Shown here: one piece after another, positions 27,021-50,859 of the stretch
Position numbering within the stretch: position 1 is the stretch's first letter
How the letters are laid out: each line of letters begins with the position of its first letter
DNA from: Chrysomallon squamiferum
Taxonomy: Eukaryota > Animalia > Mollusca
DNA length: 64,000 nt
Direction of reading: 5' to 3'
Assembly: GCA_012295275.1 (NCBI GenBank)
Contig: CM022672.1
Coordinates: 32,302,001-32,366,000, forward strand
Program-made: the position numbers and the translations under genes
The notes under the pieces: model-generated
What the model saw: the letters and a program-made list of their open reading frames with translations, nothing else
Database searches by the model: none
Told to the model about the DNA's origin: nothing

Positions 27021-28108
27021 GTGTAGTTTCAAAATAGATACCTACCTGAAAAACTTCCTGATTGATAATTCTTAGAAACGATTAATATCTGTTTAACGAG
27101 TCTACTGTTAATCACTGAGATCAGGAATCTATAGAGAAATAAATAAATAAATAAATTAATTAATAAACCAAATCAAATAAAGTAAAAGATTGATGAACGT
27201 GTAGCATAAGCTATCAACGATATATTGAAGTATATTTAGGTGCTCTCATTACAACCGCTACTGCTGCTACTACTAGTACCAGTACTACTACTACTATTGC
27301 TAATAGAATAATAATAATTATTATAAGGACGATAGCATTATTATTATTATTATTAAATACGTTTATCGATATTTCTCCTAAAGCAGTGTGCGAGGTAAAA
27401 AAAAAAATAATAATAATAAAAAATAAAAATAAAACTCCCCTAAAAAAACGCCTTGATCAAAATTCACATACAAATTTATAGCACTGACAAAATACAAGTT
27501 GAATATGTCTGATTTGTTTTAAGCACAGCAATAGTACGGCATCTATTATAATAAAATACAAAATACCTTCAAATTTCAAAATGGCCGATTACTTATGTAA
27601 AATGGGTCTTGTTTGTGAGGGGTATTCCTAGAACTGACGCCTTTCTGTTTGAGAAGGTCACTGAAATATGTTCTGTGTGTCGCTGTTTACTAAGTCGTCT
27701 GCTGATAAGGACGTGGTTGATATCATTTATCGTACAAGTCACACCACGTATAGAGGCAGGTAGATGCAAAACATTATATAATTATAATATTATTTTTTTC
27801 CGTAAATTATTTATATTTATTTCTCCTACAGTATATTGATGAAAAAGTTATCGTTAACAAGTGACTATTACGTAGGTCAGATAACGTGTCAGATTGCGTG
27901 TCAATTCTATTGCAGACAAAAAACGTTATACTACGATCGTGAAAAATACAATGTAATGGTGAATCAGAATACATGGGACACTCTTTTATTATGTATCAGA
28001 GTTATGAGTCAGAGCGATCTAAACACAGGTGTGACAAATACCTACTTTATTATATTTAGTATGAAAAATAGCATTGTTAAAATATTAACAGCTGTACTCA
28101 TTATTGCA

Positions 28109-28176
<68 letters not shown>

Positions 28177-28398
28177 TTAATCTGTTTGACTCATTCCATT
28201 ATTATTTATCTATTGGTATTTTTCCTTACAAATGATACATAATATATGATACAACTAATACATGCTAATAAAAAAAATAAAAAAATTATTTAATGTCTTA
28301 AAATAGAGAGGTCTCCATAACATCAGTAAAAAGAACAATAACAACAATAACGGCAGCAACAACAGCAACAACAAAAAACAACAATAATAATATAAATC

Positions 28399-28447
<49 letters not shown>

Positions 28448-29302
28448 TAACAACAACAATAATAATAATAAAGTTTTCTTACCTTTGTCTTAAGAAATGA
28501 AAAATTTAACACCTGCAGAAAAATGCTCGTCTATTAGTCTACAATGTCAGTCTGATATCATAGTTGTGAGTGCGGGGGAGCCCGGACACACGACACTCAG
28601 TTAGAGGAAGATACCAATTCTCATAAAGAAGGGGTTGAAGCTTTCAAACTTTCTATACTGATTTTTTAAGTTCTTGTGGTACAGTAAACACGACTAAAAA
28701 TAGAAAAGCATCTGAACATAGTTTATGCACTTATTTAATTTATAAAATGCTGGTTACAATTTATCACACACGTAGTAATAATGGACTTAGCAACTGGTTC
28801 GTACAACAGAGAAAGATAATCTATTTAGCCGCCAAAATTATATCTTGTTTAAACTTGAATAGTGAACTGGCGGTATCAGGTCCTTTCGTCAGATATATTA
28901 ATAAACTGTACAAATAAAAAACAAAACAAGATACAAAATGATTTTATGATTTTATTCACGTATACGCAGTATTAATAAAATAATAATATTTTTTCTTCTC
29001 TATGTTACGTAGATTGTTTTTAAAATAAATAAATAAATAAACGATTAAAATCATGATATTACATCATTATATATTCATAAGAAAGAATGGAAATGCCGTC
29101 ATTCATCATTTAAGGACCGAGTTCAGTTACTATGACTACGTCATTAAGCAAATTTGTCGATACGGGAGAAGCCACCCCTTAACAGATATTGTACTGGTAG
29201 CTATTTTCAGATGATGTTTTAAAATCACCTTTGTACATTTATAACGATGTATTATATTTTTAAATGTTTGTACAACAGAAAATAGTAAACAGCCTAGAGG
29301 AA

Positions 29303-31700
<2,398 letters not shown>

Positions 31701-34700
31701 CTAATAATATCTTCTTTTTTTTTTCAGCATAATATCACATGTATTCTACACAGATGTGGTATATTTACAGAGATATCTTTGATCAATCCTGATCTGAAAC
31801 ATCTTTATTTTGATTGTGATAGGTTGACCATAAAGACAGAAATAGCTAATATAATGATTACACTATTCTTAAGTACAAGGAACAAATTGAAGCTAATGTT
31901 AATATAACATTGAGCAAGTTGGAACAAAACTAATCGATGTGTGTATTTCATGTCATATTTTGGACAAATTTTGGAGACTTTACAGACAGGCATTTTTAGG
32001 ATTTATGAAACAGCCAATCATAAAATTTGTCATCAGCATATTAATCCAAGCAATTCTATGAACTGGTTACTGAGAAACAAGTGGAGACTAGCTGGGTGGT
32101 CATGGTTATTCAGCAGCTAGTTTAGATCCCAAGATTTTTAACTGAACTTGGAGGAAAGTTGATAAAAATTTGAGAAAGACTAGAATTTAAGGAAATACCC
32201 TAGCTTAAGTATGAGAAGTGAATATTACTAAGAAATGAGAGAATGATCACAGTGTATTTTTTTTTAAAGTTAAATCTGGGTTATTTCAGTAAGAACTTAT
32301 TGTTTAGGATTGATCTGAAATACTGTTTAGTGTTAACTTCACCTTGTTCGGAATAAAGAACCAGAATTGAAGTTCTATCAGTTTTTACTAGAACAAAGTT
32401 ATATTAAAAGCAGTGTATTTATTCCCATAGTTAACCTTAATACTCATGTGATTCAAACAAAAATAAAATATTCCAAGACACATTAAAAAATATATATGTA
32501 GCACAAACTGCCAATTTAAAATGGTTTCTAAAAATTTACAGGATAAAATGAAACTTTCAAATTTCTAAAGTACTTTAACATTTATTGCTGTCAGTTGTAA
32601 GTCACTACAGACAATGATGATCTATTGATTTTTATTTTATACTGATTTAATTTTAACTTCATAGTACAATGCCTATCTTGATCTCTAAGATGATGATGAC
32701 AATGGCATTAACAAGTTGCCATGGAGATGCACGGAAGGGCCATTTAGTACTCTTTCAATTTCAAGCATCAGATGAAATTTTATAAGCATCTGCATACAGT
32801 GAATATAATAAACTTAAGGTATGGTGTTAAAGCATTGACTGAGATATTATATGCAGTCTCATTTGGGTCTGCATCTGCACCAAAACATAAATTAAAGCAC
32901 CAAAATAATATATGGTTATTTTTCTCATCCTGTTGTTTTTCTCTTGCAAAATCATGCAACAAATAAGTTACTATATTCATAACAAAAATACAGACATCAG
33001 TTTAAAAAAACAAATGAAAAAATTAATGAAAATAAACACATTTATTTCTAGCTTTGTAACAATTTCATATCTTACCATATAGAATGTTATTACCTTGCCA
33101 AAACAGTAAACGTATTATAAAATCAGAATTTCAATTTTCCAAATAAGCTCCCCATAATTAACACAAACTTTAATTTTCTGCTCCATTTCTTTTATAATAT
33201 TTATCTATAAACAAAAGCTTGAGTTCTCAGATTTAATCTTGTTTGGTCTCGGGGATCTTTTAGGGAGACATTTTATAATAGTGTTTAACTTTTTAATAAA
33301 TAGAAAGCTGTAACAGTTGGGTTTCAGCAGTGTTCATTTTAATGTATTTTAAATACAAAAATCTCGTGCACAACAAAAATAAAGAAAAGACTTTCAAATA
33401 TGTACAGAAAAAATTCTTTCCAAGGAACTGATCAATTAAAATGAAACACTTCTTAAACCAAGTATGTTCCACATGGCATTCACATCACATGTGAATTAAA
33501 CAAAATTAATATGAAAAGACCTACCAATCCATATTAATGCATATTTCTGTAAAGGTGACAAGCAGGAATGGTGTTTAAGAGTTCCAAACAACTTTGTTAT
33601 TAATTTTATGAACCAACTTTTTACCTGTGAAACAACAAACAAATCAGGTATGTAGCTGATGTATTAAAATTATTTGAAATTCAGATTACCTTGCCAGTCA
33701 TTCTGTATTCTTTGTAATGTTAATATAGGTATCTGAAGCAATGAAATTCCTTTGGACAAAACATTCCTTCATATTTAACAAGATACTGCTAATAAGAAAA
33801 TAAGCTTCAGATTATTCATGCCTTCAAACAGGATCTAATATCTTAATATAAGTAGAAGAAATGTTTGTTATTATGTTCAGCTCTGTTTCTAACATATTAA
33901 AAACTGGGAATTCAAAAAATAATTGAAAACAAATAATTTAAAATCAAACTGTCTTAAATAAAATAATAAGAAAATGCAGTGGAATTTTGAACATGTAAAT
34001 GTGTAAGGAAAACAATAAAAATTCTTCATACCTAAGAAATGGAGCATAAAATAAATATGGAGATCACTGGTCACACATCAATTTCATAAAATCAAGTATG
34101 CCATACAAAATATACACAATATAAAGGCAACAGAATTAACATGTTCCCAGACATATTTTTAAAACTCTTGTTCAGTCTTAAATTTCAAAGACCAAAACTG
34201 TTTACCTTTACAATGCATAACATGTCTTATAGAGCATCAACTGCAACAACTTAAAACTGATGATTTACACAAATATTATTTAAAAACAAATTTCATTTTT
34301 TTTTTTTTTTAAATGTTAATTATCATCGTATACAGTTCCACTAGTCTTTGGTGCTCTCAGATTTGCATGGACTAAATAAATGGTCCAGAAATACTGTCTG
34401 CAGTCAAGTGAAATTGTCACAAGAGCATTTATATTAATTTAAAATTACACTGAAAATGTGCCTCTGATGGTGGAAATAAATAGCCTAAATGCTTTTGCTG
34501 TATATCTACATGTTTATTTATTTACTTTTTAACATTAACATCTGCAAATAAAATGAGGATGCACAAAGTAACATGTTCTCTTCTATCATAAAGTTATTTT
34601 CCACACTGGGTTACTAATAATATCATTAACTAATAAGAGAATTATAAAGTAACAGTATAGCCATAAAGTTCATTAAATAATTAATTAATTATGTAACTGG

Positions 34701-35845
34701 TCATATTTTACAGTTTTGCCACAAAACTTTCAGTGGGATTTTAGAAGTATAAACGTTTTGTAAAGATATTTTAATAACTATTTCATTAACATTATTTCTC
34801 GATCAAAGAAATTGTCATTACTGGCCCTATCACCCTCCTATTAGATTATTGTGAATCACTAACCTGAACGTGCACAGGAAACAAAAGAAAGATAATAATC
34901 TCTAAGCCATCTCTAAAACACGTGTCTCAGATCTGCAGTGAACTATCAAATTTATTCTGTACTCACGTATTTCTTTTGTTTTCTTTATTTTAGCATACTA
35001 ATTCATCTACTCTTACTTCTGTATTATTTATTTATTTATATCTATGTTTTACCTTACTTATTATCAGCATCAAATCAAGAGTATAATAAGTATTTACTTG
35101 ATTTGTGCAGTGATGTGTAGCATTTCTTTGCCTTCTTTGTTCGTATGAGTAAGAAAGGCGATTTTTAAAAATATATTTATATATTGTATTTCAACACACA
35201 CAGACATATACACCCACGTAAGTAGAGTTGTTGCTACTGTTCTTGTTACGTTAAAACTCATGTGTATGTGTGTGAAAGTGATTTGTAAGCTATTTTAGAA
35301 AGATGACGTGAAAATAAATATGTTTAGCACTGCAAACATCACATCTCTCAGCATATAGTATTGGAGAAGTGAAATCAAATCGAACATTAAATAAATGAAT
35401 AAATAAATACATAAAGAAATAAAGAAATAATAAATAAGCAAAATAAAAGAAAATGAAACAAAAAATAAATAATAACAATAATAATAACAATAAGAACAGT
35501 AAAAGCAACAACACAAAAATAACAACTGTAATAATAACGGCTTGAGGCTCCCTAGAGACATAATCTGTAAGTACAGACAAAACAAATCTTCTTATTTAAC
35601 GTGAATGCATTCCGTTCTAACCACTGTCTCCAATAATTATTATTGTGTTTCTTTTTATTCACAGAGTGTAAAACATAAATATAGTTTTGTTGCTACTGAT
35701 ATGACGGTGACGTGTAGGGCGCCTGTAAGCAACATTCTATCATTACAGAATTTTTGTCTCGTATAAAACAAAATAAGTAGCGTTAGTCATTAATTATTCA
35801 TAATTATTTTCTAAACAGCGAAGACAGGACCTTAATTGATGCAGG

Positions 35846-35939
<94 letters not shown>

Positions 35940-36349
35940 CACCAAATAATATGCTGTTTTCTAATCTTTGTCCTAAATAAATAAAATCATTTGCAATAGT
36001 ATTCAAGTAAAATATCATTAATTAATAAGAGAATTATATAGTATTGGTAGTAATAGTAATGACAGTATAGCCATACAATTTATTAAACCATTAATTAATT
36101 ATGTAACCGGTCATATTTTACAGTTTTGTCACAAAACTTTCAGTCAGATCATACCAGAAGAAAAGTTTTGTAAAGTTATTTTAATGACTAGTTCATTAAC
36201 GTTATTTCTCGATCTAAGAAATTGTCAATACATTTAACATTATAATGTTTTCAGCGTTGCTGTTGGATCTATATTTGTCTAAAGTTTTAAACAATGAAGA
36301 AATATTACAAGCGATATATTTATATATATTGTATCTTCCTCGTTATCTT

Positions 36350-36763
36350 ATTATTTGGTGGATTATTTGCTGCTGTTATTTCTGAATTGTAATGTTTTAG
36401 TGAAGCAGATGAGATCATTACATTCTCTGTGAACAAACATGCTTTATTTTGCGGATTTCAATTGTACGGTTACGTGAACCTCGAAGTTAGCGTCTTTGCC
36501 AGTGACTCAAGAACAGACAAAATACTGGACGAGTCTACACTGACACAACGATATGAACTCGTCGTGTTCAGACGTGCAGTGAATATTACTAAGACGCTGA
36601 ATACAGCTTCTGTGTTAATATTAACAGGGCTACACGTGGCGTGGAGCTGATGATGAATCAGAAATCGTTGTAGACTCTTGTTTGTAGATGTACATACAGT
36701 GACAGTCGACTTTGTGCAGATATGACACACGGACAAATACATGCTTTGCTATTCTTAGTATAA
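36350..36763 (+). pseudogene. Inverted, frameshifted fragment of the PHR-domain end of the BTB-BACK-PHR gene
   Basis: Reads DEIITFSVNKHALFCGFQLYG...DKILDESTLTQRYE.VVFRRAVNITK and ends GQIHALLFLV* (taa 36761-36763), versus GQIPALLFLV* in the intact gene. It has deletions and frameshifts. Similarity to the gene's 3' flank continues to ~37050. No BTB or BACK part is visible. Confidence 0.9.
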
Positions 36764-37332
36764 AAAACAACATCGTTCAAATATTGTCAGTTTTAGTCAT
36801 CAATTATTTTTATTTATTTTTATTTGTTTTCTGTTTATTTATTTATTTAATTTTTTGCGTTTGGAATTTGTGAAGACGTCAGGCAGCAGTGAGGACGTCA
36901 TACACACTTTGTTTAATTTGGGACTTCTTTCTATGGATTGTTTTGTGTCATACATGTAAAATCAATATAAACATCTCATTCCTTTATTATTTATTTATTT
37001 ATTTATTTGATATTTGTTTATTCATTTATTTTTAATACTTTTTTCAGTTTGTATATGAAACATAATATATAGATAAATTATAAAAGTGTTTGTAATTATA
37101 TTACACATGATAGTATTAACTATTTATTGGTTCATTTATTTTTGTTCTCGAAGATATCTGTATATCTATCTATCTCTCTATCTAATACATCCGCTGTTTC
37201 AACTGATCCCATAAATAATATAGAAAATGAAATTTCGACTTGCAGCAGCGCGTCTTAAACTTGAGCTTTTGTGAGCGCGGCGGAGGAATACTGCGTTATG
37301 CGGCGGTTTGTTTGGGAGAGATGGGTCCCAGT

Positions 37333-38428
37333 CAGATCCGAGTTAAGCAACTGCGGGTCCTGTAGTAAAATATATCATAGGCCCCTACTATTGGCTAGTT
37401 ACAGAAGTAACCACCCCTTCCCCCAGTTCAATTCACGGCCACTATTATCATAGCTTTACATACAACATAAACGCACCTTAATGTTTGAATAGTCAGTCAG
37501 ATGTATCGTCGAAACAAAGGGAATCTTGCCAACAGTATCGGAAACTAGTGTAAATGTCTTTAAACTGTAATTTAACTGTATGTATGCCCCGAAAACATGG
37601 GTCAAAGTTATAGCCACTAGACATGTGTGATTCAAACTCAGATTAAGTTTAAATATCGCGCCTTCGAGATTTTATATGAACAGGTTATTTTATATCGGAA
37701 GTAGTGTCAATCGTTCTGAAACGTCGCATTCGATGTTCATCAACGTCAGCATATTTAAACGTTTTTCTCCCATCGTCTTTCTTTGTGTAGTTTTATGCGG
37801 CGCAATTTGGAAAACGAGTGTTCCTCCGTGCAGTTTGTAATCACCAAACACAAATGCATGCGTAGCATTATTTCAATATTAGATAAACATGACTGCATGT
37901 TGTGATCGCTGATGAGACGGTATATCAGCAGCTCCAATGTCTCGTCGTCTGTCATCGCCGTGCTGTCCTCATCATCAGCTGCAGCATGTGACTGAGAAGC
38001 ACTCGGATCAGAAGTGCCACGAACTGTAGAAGTTCGTTTGTTACATTGGCCTGGAAATCATTTTGATACGTGTTAATGAGAGCCAGCGCCGATTTTGACA
38101 GATGTTCGTTGGATACTGACCGTAAATGTCGGAAGAATCCAAACTTGTTACTGATTTCCTCATCTGCTTGCAGACGTTTCTTCAGTATTTGCGAGAAAGC
38201 AACTAATGAACTAGGTGTGGTTCACTGGCTAGTCAGAAAAGCAAATTTCAACAACAAAACTGTTCATAAACGTACATCTACACGAAAAAAATACCAAAGG
38301 CTATAGTCAAAAGGCTGTAGCTGATACCCAGCTTTTTGATTAAACAAAAAACCCAAACACCTGAAAGCCTCTGAAAGCGCGGGGCCCGTACCATTTTCTA
38401 CATCTGCTACGTTGTAAATCCGGCACTG
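37333..38428 (-). mobile_element. Internally deleted hAT transposon (Tip100/ZMYM1-like transposase C-terminus)
   Basis: Broken frames read KKRLQADEEISNKFGF...LINTYQNDF...ELLQF, then SNIEIMLRMHLCLVITNCTEEHSFSKLRRIK...KRLNMLTLMNIE (hAT dimerisation region). Imperfect TIRs: CAGTGCCGGATTTA (38428 inward) and CAGATCCGAGTTA (37333). No TSD match. Confidence 0.85.
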
Positions 38429-38429
38429 A

Positions 38430-38538
<109 letters not shown>

Positions 38539-38604
38539 GACAAAAAACATACCTACCTTATCTATAAAAAAAGTGTTTCTCTTACTATTTTTGGTTAATG
38601 AATT

Positions 38605-45077
<6,473 letters not shown>

Positions 45078-45361
45078 TCCATTCCACCCTCGAAAACAAG
45101 CACGTTCTACAACCCTCAGCCCGACACACACTTACATTCACATACACAAACATCACTACACGTATCACACAACACTAATTAACTGAATATGTTTGTTACA
45201 TGTTATATCTCATCATGGAAATAAAACATTTACCAGAGCCTCGGAAAGACGGCGCTAAGAAATGAAATTTTTGTTTGCGCTTTTTAGCCACATTCTTGTT
45301 CAACGTTTGACGCTTCTTTTAACGTTGTTTACTGCAAGAAGGACAACAACAAATGTTATGA

Positions 45362-45412
<51 letters not shown>

Positions 45413-45609
45413 TTAAAATAACTGAAGAAAAAAACGAAAACAGATAGGGGAGCAAGAAAGAAACAAAATGATAAATAAATAAATAAATAAAATGAAGGTT
45501 TCTATCCTGATACAGCCTTGTATTTGCTTGCACAAGGAAATAAAAGGTTTTATTTATTTATTTATTTTATTTTATTTTATGTTTCGATTTTGTGTCAGGA
45601 ATATTCTTA

Positions 45610-45800
45610 CTTTGAAAATATTATGAACCTTTAACACCAAGCCTCCCAAACTTTAAATGGCGCGAAAAAGGGAAATTTAAATGTAAAAGAAAATTACCAC
45701 GTGTGTTTCGTCTGATCGCTGATTGGTTGATGCTGAAGTAATATAACTGACATCTGCAATTCTCGCGGAAAAAATAACTGAGCTGGCGGGAAAAAATGTC
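45610..45800 (-). promoter_or_regulatory. Candidate E2F/NF-Y-type promoter and short first exon
   Basis: GGCGCGAAAA 45659-45668, TCGCGGAAAA ~45763-45772, GGCGGGAAAA 45785-45794, CTGATTGGTT 45719-45728, CACGTG 45698-45703; minus-strand donor AAA|GTAAGA at 45610. Confidence 0.5.
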
Positions 45801-46079
45801 TCGCCTGTTGATTTTCTTCATTTTACAAAAAGAAAAACAAAAATTGTAATTCCACGGGATAGAAGAAAAAAAAAAGAAGTAAATAATAATTAAAACAAAC
45901 AAATAGAGAAAAGAAACACTATTAGATGAATCTATTTCTAATTATTAATAACGAAATGTACAAAAGCAAAACGAAACAATAAAAATAACGATTGAGACAA
46001 TAATGATAAATAGAATAAAAGAAAAATAGAAAAAGTAATACGACGATCAAAATAACAATATAATAACAACAACAGCATA

Positions 46080-46135
<56 letters not shown>

Positions 46136-46149
46136 TAATAATAATAATA

Positions 46150-46906
46150 ATAACCTCATACGAAATATAATTTTAAAATGTTTCTAGTACACAGCCTCAC
46201 ACTGCAGTGACCAGTTTTCTATATTCACATCTAGCTATGACCTGTACATAGAAATATTTCAAAAACCAAACATTTTTATGTAAAAAAATAATCAACCTAA
46301 GATATTTTCTAACAAGCGAATATTTTCTGTTCAATACTGCGATCAGAAATCTAAAAATAAATAAATAAATAAAAGATAATGAAAGAAAGAAAGAAAACAA
46401 ATCAGATAAATATATACCAAATCGATAAAAGATAAAAAGAAGTACATTATGCTTACACTAGTGATAATTATGATGACGACAACAACAATAATTATTATTA
46501 TAATTATTTTTATACACAGACATATTTAACTGTGGGAGAAACAATTTTCAAGACGCAATGTACAAATGGTCATTTACAGAAATTTACTCCTCGAAAAGAC
46601 AAAATAATTAAAGACAATAACAAATATAAAAAGAAACACTATAAAAGAAAAAAGAATAAGAAGTTAGGAAAATCAAGGAATATTATGTGATACTTTTGAA
46701 ATATAAAACTATATAAAATTTCAACTTCCTGATCGACAATTTCTTATAAGTGACTATTTTCTATCAACTCAATTATAGGTCACAGAAGTCACCGATCTAA
46801 GAATAAATAAAATAAAATAAAATATTATAAAGGAAACGATATATAGCAAAAGGCTTGAATAAAAAAAAAGAAGATATAATAGGATAGCAGTTGTAATAGT
46901 AGTACC

Positions 46907-46974
<68 letters not shown>

Positions 46975-48115
46975 TAACAGCATATTAAAGTCAGGATATA
47001 CATAACTTCTATTATTTCAATTTTAAAAAAAACTCACACTCAAGTAATCTATTTGTTAACTAACCCTGATATATTTAATAATAAATTAAAAATACTGGAA
47101 TCGTAAAATATAAGAAAATATAAAATGTTATAAAAGTTCAATATGGTCGACTACTTTAACTTCTGCTTTGTGCTCTTTTAGTTAGGAAACCCTCCACTGA
47201 TAAACACGCGACTGACGTCAAATATCTTATACGTCATCAAGTGTTACGTTTCAGTTTCAGATTAAAATAAACAAATCGTGCTGCGAGATATATGTACACT
47301 GATCTTACATAAATCTTCTTTACAATAAATTACTTCAATTCTAATTCAGTAAATTAAATACTACTAGATGCCATTATTTATATATAAATTATAAATGTAA
47401 TAATAATAACAGCAGCAACAACATCAACAACAAGGACAATAATAATAATAACAAATATTTTTTATAGTATACTGAATATAAGTGTACATGTCTTCTTTCT
47501 CTGAATATCAATGTAAATTACACGAGACACACAAAGATATACTCGGCTGTTATTTACAGCGATCTGACAAATTCATTGTTAATATACTGTCTGCCCATAA
47601 GTGTAGAAATAACCCGTGAAAATAAGAAATTATTAACATTTGTCAGCATTGTGAGAAGATAAATAATTTCAACAAAGACGAGAAAGACAACCAACAAACA
47701 AACTCGTAAATAGAAAATAATTTAAATGTATGAGATAATATTATCACATCCTCTTGTGGCACCTTCCATATACCTGATGAACAGTAAAAGTTACAAGTCC
47801 AGGTCTACTACATATTTTTTCCCATGTTTAATAATATAATGCAGTTTGTTGTATGTACATTAATAGCAGCGACAATGTTAATTTTTTTTTCCTTTTATTG
47901 TTTTCCACTACAGATGAAAACAAATACCAAAACTTTGTATACACTAGTTGGAACTGGTGATAGACCAATACAAACGTTAGTTAAGAAGGAAGGAACGACT
48001 GAAGAAACGAAGAAAGAAAGAATGAAAGGAACACACACAAAAATATAAAAGTATTTAAAAAAAATTAATAATAAAATAAAATAAATTAAATTAAATTAAA
48101 ACAATATAAAATACT
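46150..48115 (+). repeat. Diverged copy of 24770-27020 with no adjacent BTB coding sequence
   Basis: Same anchors in the same order and orientation; splice donors and the YY1-like motif are degraded. Confidence 0.92.
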
Positions 48116-48513
48116 CGCTGAAATCAGATCTATAAATAAAATAAAATAATATAAATAAATATAGAAAGAAAGGAAGAAAAAACGAATAAAGCTGACCAGT
48201 GTTTCTTTAGAAGTGGAAAGGGATATAATATTTATAGACATTTCTATCTGCTCCTAAGGCAATTAATAACCAATGTACGTGACAGTGATTTTGTTATCAA
48301 TAGGTAAAATTCAATAGACTAAAAGTGCTAACCTCAGCGAAGAAAACAATAATAACAACAACAAAAAATAATAACAATAACAACAACAAACAACAACAAT
48401 AATAATTATAATTATAACTAAATCAATAAATAAAAATAACAAATAACAATATAAAAACACGCATATACTAGAAAATTAAAATTGGTCTTCGCAAAGTGTT
48501 CAGAGAGAGAGAG

Positions 48514-48604
<91 letters not shown>

Positions 48605-49880
48605 AAATGCATAAGTTCTTACCAGGTTGGATAATTTCTAAGGAGATGTCAATCAGACTGTGTTGCCGTGGAAACCAGTTTTCAGTTGTATGAGACAAAC
48701 ACACAGATACGTGAATTAATATACCCGCTTTAAGAGAACTTTGACCATCTCGTGATGGAGATAAAACTCAGGTGAGGTATGTCAGTTTCAAACCATTGCC
48801 TTATTTAGTAAACTGATAATTGCATACGTCAGTTAGAAAAGATTACTAATCAACAATACACATTTAATCTTTTCTGTTTGACACGAAGTAAAACATCCAG
48901 GTCCGGGTTTGTTTAAATAACGGGTGGGGGTATGGTATTTATATATTTAGTTATTACAACCACTGTTGCCTGTAGTATTACTACAGCTACTACAACATTG
49001 TTTGTTCTAACTTGTATTTCATTTCACAAGTAGAACAAGCAACCACATCTACTACTACAACCATTATTACTACTGTTACTACTAAAATACTATTACTAAA
49101 ACTGCTAATAGTACTGTTGCTGCTACAGCTTTACTATTATTATTAGTAGTAGTATTACAACCACTTTAACTACTGTTACTATATTTTATAATACTACTTC
49201 TAATTCTATCACTACTACCACTGTCAGTACTTTTACTGTTAGCTACTACTGCTACTACAATTACTACTACTACCATACCGTTACTAGCGCTACTAATACT
49301 ACAGTTGTTAATACTAATCCAACTGCTGAAATGTTGCTGCTGCTAAAACTTCTACTACTACTACTACTAATGATTCTACTACTACTACTGCTTCTACTAC
49401 TACTACTGCTTCTACTACTACTACTGATTCTACTACTGCTACTACTACTACTACTATAACTGTTACTACAACAACTGCTGTTAGTGTTACTGCTGATACT
49501 ATTGTCTTGTAAATTTAAATTTCTTTATGATCAGATTTTTCTTTGTTTAATATTAACAATATTATTTTTTTAATCTATTTAAATATAGTTATGTGTTCAA
49601 CTCCTATATAATTAATCTAGTACTAAAACACGTGTTAGTGATAACATAACCAACTAATCTGTTTTGTCAAGAGTAAAGTTTACTTGGCTATCTTACATTT
49701 ATTACCTACAGTTACACTCAGTACAAATCCACTTTCTACACACATGCATACGCACACACACAAGTATATATATATATTTGCGTATGTGTTTGTGCGCGTG
49801 TGTGCTTGCGTGCGTGTGTTTATGTATATATCAAACAAAATAATTAAACATTCAGATATGGTGAGTAAGAAAATGCACAC

Positions 49881-49936
<56 letters not shown>

Positions 49937-50224
49937 TAAAACACACATAAAGATATACACACAAAAAGTCGCACACACATACACATACACTTAGAGACAC
50001 ACACAAACATACACACAGACAGCTGACACATACACATACACACATTCATACACACAGACATACAACAAAAAAGACAAACACATACATACATACACACAGA
50101 CATACAAACAAAACAGGAATATGCATATACAAACACATACATAGATACACAAAGACAAACACAGAAACACACACACACACATTATACACACAGACATACA
50201 TATATACACACACACATATATACA

Positions 50225-50425
50225 TACACACATAGACATACAGATATATACACAGACACATATACATCATACACACAGACATACAGATATATACACAGAC
50301 ACATATACATCATACACACAGACATACAGATATATACACAGACAGACACATATACATCATACACACAGACATACAGATATATACACAGACACATATACAT
50401 CATACACACAGACATTCAGATACAC
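50225..50425 (+). repeat. 43-bp CA/TA-rich minisatellite, ~4.5 copies
   Basis: CATCAT anchor at 50265, 50308, 50355 and 50398. Confidence 0.85.
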
Positions 50426-50776
50426 ACAGAAATGCCTTCTGTTATTAAACTACAAAGAATAATCATTTTACTTTTTTTTTTTTTTTTTTTAAGGCAATTT
50501 TCCTTTCTCTATGGCTTATACTACAAGAAAAAAGAATCTGAATTTCTAATATTAACATCTCCCTGTTATAACTAATTTTCTAACAACAGAGCCACGTCTC
50601 AGTGGTTTAATAAGAGTACAGACCTGATAACACAATTTAATATTTCTCTTTCCAACAATCCGCTGACCGCGTGACTAACACAGATAAAATACTTCTTAAA
50701 ATAAATCTTCTTTAATCTGTGTTGGGAGTCAAGGTAATACAGGGTTCAATTTAAAATATTTGAAATACAATTTAAT

Positions 50777-50830
<54 letters not shown>

Positions 50831-50859
50831 AATAATAATAATAATAAATATAAATAAAA

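Noticed and set aside
32780-32980. Ankyrin-like GADADPN in a 66-aa ORF
   Set aside because: The rest of the ankyrin consensus is absent and no compatible exons were found.
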